Assembly: GCA_965207065.1 (NCBI GenBank)
Contig: OZ242260.1
Coordinates: 1,440,001 to 1,504,000 of the forward strand
Length of the DNA: 64,000 bases
Direction: 5' to 3'
Source: a bacterium
Lineage (GTDB): Bacteria > UBA8248
Shown here: positions 10,477-20,286 of the stretch, one piece after another
How positions within the stretch are numbered: the first letter of the stretch is position 1
Layout of the letters: each line of letters begins with the position of its first letter
The notes under the pieces: generated by a model
Told to the model about the DNA's origin: nothing
Seen by the model: the letters and a program-made list of their open reading frames with translations, nothing else
Databases searched by the model: none
Position numbers and translations under genes: made by a program

Positions 10477-11898
10477 ATGGCTCGTTTGCAAACGGAAACA
10501 AAACGATATGATTACACCAAAGGCCCTATCGGGCGAGGTTTGGTGGTTCTTTCCCTGCCGATTTTCGCGGAACTGATTTCCTGGAATATCGATACCATTG
10601 TTGAAATTTACTGGGTAGGCCGGTTGGGTTCAGACGCGCTCGGAGCTATGTCTTTGGCTTATATGATTCCCATGATGGTGAGAGCGGTGGGCATGGGAAT
10701 TCGAGTAGCCGGTCAAGCGCTGGTTGCGCAAAGAGTCGGAGCGAATGATGATGAGGGTGCTGCTCTTATCGCAGGCCAATGTATTTTGCTTCAAACGCTC
10801 TTCTTCATTCCCTTATGTTGCGCAGGATATATTTTCTCGCCTTATTTAATAGGATGGATGACGTCTGATCCGAGGCTTTTGTATTTGTCGACGATTTACC
10901 TAAGAGCCGGGTTTCTCATGCTTTTGTTCGTTGACGGAATATTCACCCTTGCAAATATATTTCGTGGCGCCGGCGAGCCAAAGTATTCGCTCTTCGGCAT
11001 GATTATCAATTCAGGCGTCGCATTCATCGCCATGCCCGCTTTCATCTTTGGTTTCGGGTTGATTCCCCCGTTGCATCTGGCCGGCGCGTATATCGGATTA
11101 GGCATCGGCAGGATGGCGGGTTGTGTCGTGATGCTGATCATTCTTTTCAAGGGGAATGCCAGAATACGCCTGAATTGGCGCCATCTGATTCCGCGGTCCT
11201 CTGAGATGAAGCGAATCCTGGGACTGGGTTGGCCCGCCTGGGGGCAAATGTTTTTTGAGAGAGGCGCTAACCTGGTATTGGTATGGATGCTTGCTCCTTT
11301 TGGCGCGCTGGCGCTTGCAGCGTGGGGTCTTGGCAGTCGTGTCAACAATATGGGGAGAATGCCCGGATTTTCACTTCAAGGAGCAGTTCGCACGATGGTG
11401 GGCCAAAACATCGGTGCGAGAAAGCCTGAGCGGGCGATTCGCAGCGCCTGGGTGACGGTGGGGGCGGTTGTTTCCATCATGGTTGCCGTTAGTACGGGAT
11501 TGGTTGTTTGGAGCAAAGAAGTCGTTACTTTTTTCGGGGTGAAAGGCGCCGCTTTGCCCCATGCGGTGATTTGCCTGCAAATTTTGTGTGTAGGTCTTGG
11601 ATTTGAGGCTACGAGGCGTGTAGTAGCGGGGATATTTGAAGGAGCTTCATCCACAAGGCCCCCCATGGTAGTTGAAGCAATCGTTCGCTGGGTCGTGCAG
11701 TTGCCGGGCGCCTATATGCTGGCGGTTTGGATGGGATTTCGGGAGTTGGGAATTTGGTGGGCGGTGGCTGGGAGTCAGCTAATCGGTGGTTTGGCGTTGT
11801 TCTTGTGGTTTGCGTTCGGCTGGCGGCGACGGATAGAAAATATGGCGCCAAAGGCTAAGTCATCTGCATCATCAATGGTTAAGTTCCCCTCCTCATGA
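10477..11898 (+). CDS. MATE family efflux transporter
   Basis: YDYTKGPI, VAQRVGA, VGQNIGA, about 12 TM segments. Confidence 0.9.
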   Translation: MARLQTETKRYDYTKGPIGRGLVVLSLPIFAELISWNIDTIVEIYWVGRLGSDALGAMSLAYMIPMMVRAVGMGIRVAGQALVAQRVGANDDEGAALIAGQCILLQTLFFIPLCCAGYIFSPYLIGWMTSDPRLLYLSTIYLRAGFLMLLFVDGIFTLANIFRGAGEPKYSLFGMIINSGVAFIAMPAFIFGFGLIPPLHLAGAYIGLGIGRMAGCVVMLIILFKGNARIRLNWRHLIPRSSEMKRILGLGWPAWGQMFFERGANLVLVWMLAPFGALALAAWGLGSRVNNMGRMPGFSLQGAVRTMVGQNIGARKPERAIRSAWVTVGAVVSIMVAVSTGLVVWSKEVVTFFGVKGAALPHAVICLQILCVGLGFEATRRVVAGIFEGASSTRPPMVVEAIVRWVVQLPGAYMLAVWMGFRELGIWWAVAGSQLIGGLALFLWFAFGWRRRIENMAPKAKSSASSMVKFPSS

Positions 11899-13265
11899 CA
11901 TCAGAGAAGCGCTATGACTATACAAAAGGCTCCATTGGTTTTGGGTTGTTTCGCTTGGCTGTTCCCTCATGCCTGGAGCCGATAGCCTGGAACGCCGACA
12001 TACTGGTCGAAATTTTTTGGGTGGGGCGTTTAGGGCCCGAATATCTGGCTGCGATGTCTTTGAGTTTTATGATCATCTTCTTTTTTCGTGCGATTGGTTT
12101 TGGCATCAGAATCGCGGGCAGCGCTTTGGTGGCTCAGAGAATCGGAGCGAAAGAACCTGAACAAGCAAGCCACGCGGCGGGCCAGGCGTTTGTGCTGGCA
12201 GGAGTCTATTACGTTGCAATCAGCATTCTTGGGTATGTGTTGTCGTCGCACTTGCTTGGTCTGTTAACTTCTGATGCGAATGTGATGCGAGTAGGCGTCG
12301 GATATTTGCAGGCATCTTTTCTCACTATTGCGTTCGTGGATGGTATTTTCACGGTCTCGCATAAGTTGAAAGCGGCCGGCGAACCTGGAAAATCTTTGAT
12401 TGGCCTTGGAATTTCGACGCTTTTGTCGATCACGTTCATTCCTCTCCTGATTTTTGGTCTGGGGCCGTTCTCGGGGTTTGGACTTCCGGGTTCCGCCGTT
12501 GGTATTGGAATAGGTCGTGTCATAGGAATTTTGGTCGTCCTGTGGATTTTGACATCGGGACGTTCTCGAATCCGTATCAGGTGGATTCATCTCAAGCCCC
12601 ATGCGCAAACCATGCGGCGCATCATTCATTTGGGCTGGCCTGCAGCGGCACAGAACATGCTTGAGCGCGGCGCCCTTCTCATATTGCTGAAGGTTTTGGC
12701 ATTGTTTGGGCCAGTGGTGTTAGCTGCATGGTCGATTGGGAATCGGCTCGGGACATTTTCGCGATTGCCCGGTTTCGGGATTCAGTCTGCCGTCCGGACG
12801 ATGGTGGGCCAAAACATAGGCGCTAACCGGCCGGATCGGGCGCTGAAAAGCGTCTATCTCGCTACGGTCGGCTTGTTCGTCTTGATGTGTGGCGTGACGT
12901 TTCTTTTGTATTTTTATGCAAGGGAAATTGTCTTGATCTTCGGAATGAAAAACGAGGGAATCGATGTTGGCGTCACTTGTGTTCGAATACTCAGCATTGG
13001 CACATTGTTTGAAGCTATCCGGCGAATGTTGGCGGGTGCCTTTCAAGGTGCGGCGAACACGAAGCCTCCAATGGTTGTGGAAGCCTTCATCAGGTGGGGT
13101 TTTCAAATCCCTCTTGCGTATTTTGCCGCTTTGCCGTTTGGATTCGAAGCCTCTGGTGTCTGGGCCGCGATGACAATAAGCCATTTAATGGGTTGCGCAT
13201 GCCTCTTGGTTTGGTTCTTAGTTTGGAGCCGGAGAAGGGGAATAGGCTCACATGCGGAAACTTGA
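11895..13265 (+). CDS. MATE family efflux transporter (tandem paralog)
   Basis: YDYTKGSI, VAQRIGA, VGQNIGA; ATGA overlap. Confidence 0.9.
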   Translation: MTSEKRYDYTKGSIGFGLFRLAVPSCLEPIAWNADILVEIFWVGRLGPEYLAAMSLSFMIIFFFRAIGFGIRIAGSALVAQRIGAKEPEQASHAAGQAFVLAGVYYVAISILGYVLSSHLLGLLTSDANVMRVGVGYLQASFLTIAFVDGIFTVSHKLKAAGEPGKSLIGLGISTLLSITFIPLLIFGLGPFSGFGLPGSAVGIGIGRVIGILVVLWILTSGRSRIRIRWIHLKPHAQTMRRIIHLGWPAAAQNMLERGALLILLKVLALFGPVVLAAWSIGNRLGTFSRLPGFGIQSAVRTMVGQNIGANRPDRALKSVYLATVGLFVLMCGVTFLLYFYAREIVLIFGMKNEGIDVGVTCVRILSIGTLFEAIRRMLAGAFQGAANTKPPMVVEAFIRWGFQIPLAYFAALPFGFEASGVWAAMTISHLMGCACLLVWFLVWSRRRGIGSHAET

Positions 13266-13552
13266 TGTTGATGATAATCAAAACAGTTGTTTCGTGTGAT
13301 GCCAAAGCACAACGGTAACTGCGGAAGTGCAACGATGGAGCGGGTCGGAGCCATGAAACGCCATGAATCAACCGTCATGGCTCAGTAGCTCACAGGCGCT
13401 TTGGCCGTCAGAATCATTGGTGGCTGCGTCGAAGCATGTTCGCGTAGGGCTGAAATTCAGTAGTATATGTATATAAGGTGAGGTTGGTTGATATCGTATC
13501 TGTTTTTCACCTCAAAATGGCTGGCGTAAAAGATGTTGAAAGCGAGAGACTC

Positions 13553-15922
13553 ATGAGTCGCAAAATGGTTTGTCTTTATTTTGTTTTTATGTTTTCGTTT
13601 TTTCTCTCCCCTGTAACGCATGCGGCGGATGTTGCCTCAAGTGAAACAACAGAATCAAAAGATTGGGCGATCGTTTTACAAGATGCGACCCGATATCTTC
13701 GAAGTGATGGAAAAACACAGGCTCTAACCCAAGGATATTTATCCTTGGTGCGTCAGATTCGCTCACGCGCGTATGATATAAAAACAAGATTCCAGCAAGA
13801 ACTCGACCAATCTGAAAAGTTGCTCAAAGCTATTGGTCCTCCACCCGCGAAGGACGGCCCGCCGGAAGCGACAGAGATAGCCGACAAAAGAGAGCAATAT
13901 AATCGTCAAATCACTGCTGCCCGAGCGCGGATCTCTGAGGCTGACTTGGCCATTGTTCGTGCTACGGGGTTGGAAGAAACCTTCTCTCGGCAGAGGTTCG
14001 ATCGGTTACTGGAAGAGGTGTACCGCCGAACGCCGATACCCGTTTCACCGGGCGTGATAGTAAAAGGCGTTCCGGAAATTGCGGCCGAAGTTCGGAGCAT
14101 TCTCTATTCTCCCTTAGATTGGCTCGCGATACTCCCCCCCAGCGTGGGTGTTCAATCCGTCTTGCTGCCGGGAGTCTTGGTTTTGATTCTCGGTGCCTTT
14201 TTGGGATGGGGAATTCGGAGGAGCGTTTCGAGTACATTCGGTAAAGACGCCGGAATGACGGACCCCTCATACGCGCGTCGTTTCGGCTTCGCCATCGTAG
14301 AAGGCATTGGTAACACTATTTTACCGGTAGCCGTTCTGGCGACTCTTTATTTATGGCTGACCCGGCCGGGCGCATTGGTGAGTGGGCTGTTTGCCGGCGC
14401 TCTCACGTCTTTTCTTTTGGTCATGTTGTTCTTTTGCCTGGTGGTTTCATTCGCAAGGTCTTTTCTTTCTCCCGATCAACCGGCTTGGCGGCTCACAGGA
14501 CAATCTTCAGAACATGCGCAACGTGCATATCGTTTGATTCTCATGCTGGCGGTTGTTTTCTCAATTGACATGTTTTTTTCGAATCTTTGGGGCGATCGGG
14601 CAGTTTCCGCAGAGGCACTTTCTATCTATTCAGCGGTGTTTGGCAGTCTCGAGGGCTGGTTTGTTCTGAAGCTGGGGAGAGAAGAGCTCTGGCGATCTGA
14701 AGCGGCTCAAGAAGGTGCAACCCAGCAGGGTGGACAGGCGTGGAGATTGATCCGTCGCACTACAAGAGTACTCGCGGTAATTGGTATTGCAGCGTTGTTT
14801 GTTGGATATGGCGCTTTTGGCAAGCGCCTGCTCACCAACCTGGTTTGGACGGGTCTTCTCCTGTGGATAGTGGTTATGTTGCGTGGTTTCATCCATGAAC
14901 TGGTATCTTGGGCAACCAAATCCGAGTCCATACAAGACAAGCTCCACATTCCCGCCCACGTGAGCGAAAGGCTCAGCTCTTGGGAGCGAGTCATTGTCGA
15001 TCCTGTTGTATTTCTTTGCGGCATCCTTATTATCGTGCCCGTTTGGGGAGTGCCGCCGGGTGATCTGATTGGCTGGACGCTGCAAGCCCTGTCCGGTTTT
15101 CAAATAGGCAGCATTCGTATATCTATCATCGATATTTTCATGGCGATTGCTGTTTTTTTAATAGCGATGGCCGGAGCAAGGTTCTTGCAAAGGCAGTTGT
15201 CCGAGCGTTTACTCGATCAGACGAATTTGCCTGCAGGCATCCGGCACTCCCTGAACGCAGGATTCGGTTATGCGGGTGTAATCGTTGCGGCGTTATTGAG
15301 CATTTCGGTGACGGGTATCGATCTCTCGAACCTTGCGCTGGTTGTCAGCGCGCTCTCGGTGGGGATCGGTTTCGGGCTGCAGAATGTAGTGAACAACTTT
15401 ATTTCGGGACTGATACTTCTGGTTGAAAGACCCATCAAGGTAGGCGATTGGGTGCGCGTAGGCAGCGATGAGGGAATAGTGAAAAGAATACAGTTTCGCG
15501 CAACAGAGCTTGAAACATGGCAGCGCGCTTCTGTGATTATCCCGAACGCGGAAATTATTTCTTCATCGGTCATCAACCTGACGCACAGGGATCAGTATGG
15601 TCGTGTTGAGATAGGGATAGGCGTGGCTTACGGCTCCGATGTGGAAAAGGTTCGGGCGATTCTTCTGGATATCGCCGAGAAGAACGAGCGGGTAAGTGAT
15701 GATCCCGCACCTGCCGTCGTGTTTCGCGATTTTGGCGCAAGCAGCCTGGATTTCGAATTACGGTGCTTTACTTCGGATGTGATGAGACGATTGGGAGTCG
15801 CAAGTGATTTGAGGTTTGAGATCGATCGCCGGCTTCGAGAGGAGGGTATCGAGATACCTTTCCCGCAAAGAGTCGTTCACCTCATGAACCCACAATCAAG
15901 CGACCAGGAACAAGAATCGTAA
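13553..15922 (+). CDS. MscS/MscK-like mechanosensitive channel with N-terminal periplasmic domain
   Basis: ALSVGIGFGLQNVVNNFISGLILLVERPIKVGDW, IGVAYGSD, IPFPQR. Confidence 0.9.
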   Translation: MSRKMVCLYFVFMFSFFLSPVTHAADVASSETTESKDWAIVLQDATRYLRSDGKTQALTQGYLSLVRQIRSRAYDIKTRFQQELDQSEKLLKAIGPPPAKDGPPEATEIADKREQYNRQITAARARISEADLAIVRATGLEETFSRQRFDRLLEEVYRRTPIPVSPGVIVKGVPEIAAEVRSILYSPLDWLAILPPSVGVQSVLLPGVLVLILGAFLGWGIRRSVSSTFGKDAGMTDPSYARRFGFAIVEGIGNTILPVAVLATLYLWLTRPGALVSGLFAGALTSFLLVMLFFCLVVSFARSFLSPDQPAWRLTGQSSEHAQRAYRLILMLAVVFSIDMFFSNLWGDRAVSAEALSIYSAVFGSLEGWFVLKLGREELWRSEAAQEGATQQGGQAWRLIRRTTRVLAVIGIAALFVGYGAFGKRLLTNLVWTGLLLWIVVMLRGFIHELVSWATKSESIQDKLHIPAHVSERLSSWERVIVDPVVFLCGILIIVPVWGVPPGDLIGWTLQALSGFQIGSIRISIIDIFMAIAVFLIAMAGARFLQRQLSERLLDQTNLPAGIRHSLNAGFGYAGVIVAALLSISVTGIDLSNLALVVSALSVGIGFGLQNVVNNFISGLILLVERPIKVGDWVRVGSDEGIVKRIQFRATELETWQRASVIIPNAEIISSSVINLTHRDQYGRVEIGIGVAYGSDVEKVRAILLDIAEKNERVSDDPAPAVVFRDFGASSLDFELRCFTSDVMRRLGVASDLRFEIDRRLREEGIEIPFPQRVVHLMNPQSSDQEQES

Positions 15923-15924
15923 GG

Positions 15925-16941
15925 TTATTTGTACGTGTAGGGTTTAGGCTCCGGCTTTAGACTGACCTTATTTCTCATAACTCCCAGCGGCCCCATGTCA
16001 ATTTCCACGATATCCCCCGGCTGAATCCAGCGATCCATCTCCATGCCGCATCCTCCAGGAACGGTGCCTGACCCCATGAGGTCCCCCGTCAGGAGATTCT
16101 CATCCCTGGCGGTATAGGCGATTATTTGAGAGAAAGTCCAATACATTTCTCCGGGCGTGGTTTCCACCCAGGTTTCCCCATTGACTCTCGCTGCCATGGG
16201 AATGTTTTTGGGATCTCCAACCTCATCGGGTGTGGCTATCCATGGGCCCAGGCTCCAGCACCAGTCCTTGCTCTTGTATGGTCCGGTTCCCATCGCCATT
16301 TCGCCCCCTTGTGCATCCCGGGCGCTCCAGTCGTTCAATATCGCGTAACCGAAAATATGCTCATGCGCATCTTCTTCAGAGATATCCCTTCCCGGCACGC
16401 CGATCACGCAGCAGAATTCGAGCTCGAAATCCATTTTCTCTGTGAAGCTCGGCCAGGGAACTTCCTCCTCGGGACCGGCCATATGACCACAACTCGCCTT
16501 GAAGGCAAGCGGACGTTCGTACCAGGTTTTGGGGATTTCAAGGTTCATCACTTCGAATGTTTTTTTGAGATGACGCTCGAATCCGGCGAAGCCACGAATG
16601 AGCGGAGGTTGTTTGATGGGCGCGAGCAGCCGGGCTTCGCTCGGCGCATAAATGATTTGCTCTCCACGAGGTCCGGAAATGTCTTCATGTTCAAGTGCAA
16701 ATTCGAGCGCTTCTTCCGCGGCTTCGATGCCACCTTTGCCAGAAGCAGCAATGGCCAGCATGTCGGATGGAATGAGAGCGTCCGCCATGGCTTGGGGTCT
16801 TGAGGAGCCACGCTGTTTGAACTCCGCCGCCGCTGCGAAATTGAGATCGACGTATCGGAGGTCATCGCCTTCGGCTACAACGGCGCCCAAACGCTCGAAT
16901 GGGCCTACTGGTGTACGCACTTCAAATGTGCAAAATTTCAT
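15925..16941 (-). CDS. Fumarylacetoacetate hydrolase family protein
   Basis: DFELE, IFGY.ILNDWSARD.Q, GPWIAT.DE, GSGT. Confidence 0.9.
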   Translation of the reverse strand: MKFCTFEVRTPVGPFERLGAVVAEGDDLRYVDLNFAAAAEFKQRGSSRPQAMADALIPSDMLAIAASGKGGIEAAEEALEFALEHEDISGPRGEQIIYAPSEARLLAPIKQPPLIRGFAGFERHLKKTFEVMNLEIPKTWYERPLAFKASCGHMAGPEEEVPWPSFTEKMDFELEFCCVIGVPGRDISEEDAHEHIFGYAILNDWSARDAQGGEMAMGTGPYKSKDWCWSLGPWIATPDEVGDPKNIPMAARVNGETWVETTPGEMYWTFSQIIAYTARDENLLTGDLMGSGTVPGGCGMEMDRWIQPGDIVEIDMGPLGVMRNKVSLKPEPKPYTYK

Positions 16942-16987
16942 GGCTTCTCTCCGGGTTGGCTAATTGGAAGGTGTCCATATCTTCTTA

Positions 16988-17509
16988 TTACAAATCGACT
17001 TTGTCGCGCTCATCTGTTTCCGGGAAAGGACCTTCTTTGATTTCGATGAGTTTTGAATCATCTTCCAGGAATTCAACTTCATGCCCCTCGTACATCAGTA
17101 TGAGATCATCGCGATGCAAAATCGCATCGCCCAGATTTTCTCCTTCCCTGGTGAATACGCCGACTCGAACCTTCCCGCGTTGACACAAGAGAATCTGGTG
17201 CCGTGTGGTATTCGTGGTTCTCTCTTCCACAACGTGATAATGCGCTTTCGTGATCGCGCCTTTGGGTCTGTTCAAGACGATGATTTGCAGGGGCACGTCA
17301 TCGTCTGTCATATGTGCCTTGGTGTTTCGCTCCGCTTCGATGTCCTGGCCGGCGTATGAGGTGCGAATGTGTTCTTTCGCCTCCTCGGTGTCCAGATAAG
17401 GAGGAAACTTGGCGTAATCGTTGAAATCACCTTTGATGTGGATGGCAATGATGCGCCCATCAGAAGCTTTGTAGTAGTTCACATTTTTAGAATCGACTTC
17501 TAAAGACAT
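16988..17509 (-). CDS. Cupin-like hypothetical protein
   Basis: KAHYH ... GH.VEFLED...IEIKEGP motif. Confidence 0.55.
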   Translation of the reverse strand: MSLEVDSKNVNYYKASDGRIIAIHIKGDFNDYAKFPPYLDTEEAKEHIRTSYAGQDIEAERNTKAHMTDDDVPLQIIVLNRPKGAITKAHYHVVEERTTNTTRHQILLCQRGKVRVGVFTREGENLGDAILHRDDLILMYEGHEVEFLEDDSKLIEIKEGPFPETDERDKVDL

Positions 17510-17584
17510 AATATTCCTCGGAAGTGAATAAAATCAGAGAAACAGTTATTTAGCACGGAACAAAAAAATGGTTTCCCAAGGATA

Positions 17585-18469
17585 TCATAATTCCACTTTT
17601 GTGATCTTCATGTGAAAGTCAAGTGGAGGGGCGGAGCGGACGAGCGAACTGGTGGAGATGAAGTCCACTCCAGTCTCTGCGATGCTCCTGATGTTGGCAT
17701 CAGCAATGCCGGAGGCCTCAAGTTCATAGGGTTTTTGTGTTTTTAAGGTGATTCCGACTTTCCGGGTACGCGCAACGGCTTTTCGGAGTGTTTCTATATC
17801 CATGTTGTCGAGCAGAATCATGTGCACTCGACCATCTTCGAGCACTTCTTCCAGTTGAACCAGATCCTGCACTTCGATTTGAGTTTCCGTCATGTATCGG
17901 TTGCCGAATTGCCTGTCGATGGCGGTGGGGATGGAGCCGGCGGCTACGATGTCGTTGTCCTTTATCATCTCCCCGTCGAAAAAACCGAGGCGGTGATTCC
18001 GCCCGCCACCCGCTCGAACTGCGTATTTTTCAAAATTACGCAAGCCTGGCCGATTCTTTCTTGTATCAATGATGCCTTTGAGAGTTTCCGGGAAGTCCCC
18101 GAAACGAGCCAATGTATTAGCCGTGTGCGTGGCGATCTCTGAGATATGCGATAGTAGATTGAGTGCTGTGCGTTCCGCCTTCAAAATTGTCTGGGTATGG
18201 CCGGATACGCGCGCTAAAAGTTCACCCCTGGAAATACTGGCGCCTTCGCTTTTGCTCCATATGACTTCAGGCGGGCTGCTTTTTCCGAGGGCTAGTATGT
18301 TTTGGGTTTCTTCTAAGACAAGAAGGATAAACGGGGAACCCGCGAGAATGGCATCGCTTTTCGAGCGCAATTCCGCCACGCACAAGGGTTCTTTCTCAGC
18401 GTCGTAATGAAGGGGAGCGCTCCCAAAATCCTCCAGGAGCCATTCGCGGATTCTAGAGCGGATGTCCAT
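17585..18469 (-). CDS. nadC: Nicotinate-nucleotide pyrophosphorylase (carboxylating)
   Basis: AERTALN, DTRK..PGLR..EKYAV..GGG.NHR, IKDN, LLDN, EASG, TGVDFIS. Confidence 0.92.
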   Translation of the reverse strand: MDIRSRIREWLLEDFGSAPLHYDAEKEPLCVAELRSKSDAILAGSPFILLVLEETQNILALGKSSPPEVIWSKSEGASISRGELLARVSGHTQTILKAERTALNLLSHISEIATHTANTLARFGDFPETLKGIIDTRKNRPGLRNFEKYAVRAGGGRNHRLGFFDGEMIKDNDIVAAGSIPTAIDRQFGNRYMTETQIEVQDLVQLEEVLEDGRVHMILLDNMDIETLRKAVARTRKVGITLKTQKPYELEASGIADANIRSIAETGVDFISTSSLVRSAPPLDFHMKITKVEL

Positions 18470-18487
18470 ATCTAGTGGAAATTGGTG

Positions 18488-19612
18488 TTATACGATTTCG
18501 AGCATACGTTCGATGGGCATTCGCGCGCGCCGAGCCAGTTCCGGATCCACGGTAATTTCATGTTTCAGATCCCGTAAGCATTCATACAGGTTTTGCAGCG
18601 TGTTTTGTTTCATGTAGGCGCATAGCGCTTCACGACTCGCGGGAATCAAGGTTTTGTCTGGAACCGCTTTGGACATTGGGTGGAGGTTTCCGACCTCGGT
18701 CGCCACGATGACTTCCGAGTGCGGGATTTCCTCTACCAACTTGATCATGCCCTGAGTCGATCGGAACTGAAGCATGTCTTCAGGCACGATGCCGTCGTTC
18801 ACTTGTCGCATGCAGGCGCTGGTGCATCCGCACTCGGGGTGAACCACGGTGATGGCTTCGGGGTGTAGTTGTTGCTGCTCCATGACGTGATGGGGGCGAA
18901 TCCTTTCATGCACGTGACACGCGCCCATCATGAGATGGAGGCGGTCCAAAGAATGACCTTTGCTCTCCAGTAGCTTGGCTGCGTAGAAGCCCAGGAATAC
19001 GTCGGGCAAAAACAGTATCGGCTGCTCAGGCTTTGAGTTTTCGAGAATATGGAGGGTGACTTTACCCGCGTTGGCCGACGCGCAACAGTAATCGCTCTCG
19101 GCTTTTACTTCCAGATAAGTGTTTACGTAACTGATGACGATTCCGTCTGGATGCTCTTTCTTCCAATCTCGAATTTTTTCGACATCGGCATGAGCGGCCA
19201 AAGAGCAGAGCGCCTTGAGACTGGGGGCCAGAACGGTTTGATGGGGTTTTTTGAGAGCAGCCAAAATCTGATTCATGAACAAGACGGATGGCTCAACGAG
19301 ATAATCCGCATCCGAGGCGGCGCCTTGCTGGGCCAAGAATAATGAATCCCCGATAATATCGGAGACGTCCTGAATATCTTGGGGCACATAATTATGCGCC
19401 AGGATAAGAGCGTTTCTTTCTTTCTTGAGACGCCGGACCTCACCTTGCAGGAATTCTCTTTCCTCTTCCGTGATGTTCTCGGGATGAGCGTTTTCTGGGA
19501 TTTCAGGAACATCGATGGAAGGCCCGAGGTCAGCTTGGTCCATCAAAGCGATGGCATCTTTTGCTGGAAGGATGTCACCTGCCTCAACATCTAAAATCAT
19601 TTCAAGCTCCAC
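18488..19612 (-). CDS. nadA: Quinolinate synthase
   Basis: ILAHNY, GDSL, CSLA, YVNT, CHVH, HPEC, C.YMK. Confidence 0.92.
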   Translation of the reverse strand: MELEMILDVEAGDILPAKDAIALMDQADLGPSIDVPEIPENAHPENITEEEREFLQGEVRRLKKERNALILAHNYVPQDIQDVSDIIGDSLFLAQQGAASDADYLVEPSVLFMNQILAALKKPHQTVLAPSLKALCSLAAHADVEKIRDWKKEHPDGIVISYVNTYLEVKAESDYCCASANAGKVTLHILENSKPEQPILFLPDVFLGFYAAKLLESKGHSLDRLHLMMGACHVHERIRPHHVMEQQQLHPEAITVVHPECGCTSACMRQVNDGIVPEDMLQFRSTQGMIKLVEEIPHSEVIVATEVGNLHPMSKAVPDKTLIPASREALCAYMKQNTLQNLYECLRDLKHEITVDPELARRARMPIERMLEIV

Positions 19613-20058
19613 TTGTTTGGATGTCGTAAAGATACGCTTTATCTTTCAGTAAAGTTGCTTGTTTTGCTTGCGCATAAAATCACAAGCTAAAGCAAAAAAT
19701 AATGAGCCCGATTAAACGCTCAGTTCCACTCCTGACAAATAAAACATGATACGGGACATGGACTCTCCTACCCCTTTCTGCTCTTATTATTCCAGTCTTG
19801 AGAAGATATGTAAAATGGAAATAGAGAAAAAAGTGGTTTTATCTTGCCGAGCTGTATGGTTTTTGTTACGTTTCGTTCTTGTGATTTTTGCCATCGGTTA
19901 TTGAAGACGCAGGGGAAGAGTACCAACTCCCTCTACAGTGATTCGAATCGCGGGTCGCCGGGCGAGACGACTCGTTTTTTTTATTAACCGATATTCGTCG
20001 CGCATCCTTCATCTGAATTCGTTTTCCTTTAGAAGCTGGGGGTATTGGAGAATCCATC

Positions 20059-20253
20059 ATGTCCCGTGGTGTGATTTGGTTGTTGGGCACATTGTTTTTG
20101 TCAGGGCTTTTCATTTTCGCGCTGAATGGGATTTGTACGAAAACGTTGATTTTCCCGAGATTAACTGGATATTTTTGTCCTAAACCCAGGATGAAATTGA
20201 TAACGGTTCCACAGAATCCTGCGCCCGAAGGCGCGGAACGGAAAAAAAACTGA
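20059..20253 (+). CDS. Small membrane/secreted hypothetical protein
   Basis: GGAG RBS, hydrophobic N-terminus. Confidence 0.45.
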   Translation: MSRGVIWLLGTLFLSGLFIFALNGICTKTLIFPRLTGYFCPKPRMKLITVPQNPAPEGAERKKN

Positions 20254-20286
20254 TCAATTACAAGGCTTTTTCAGAAAGGTGAGGTT

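Noticed and set aside
13347-13382. GAGCCATGA...TCATGGCTC inverted repeat as an ncRNA or riboswitch
   Set aside because: A single 9-bp stem with no recognisable family motif
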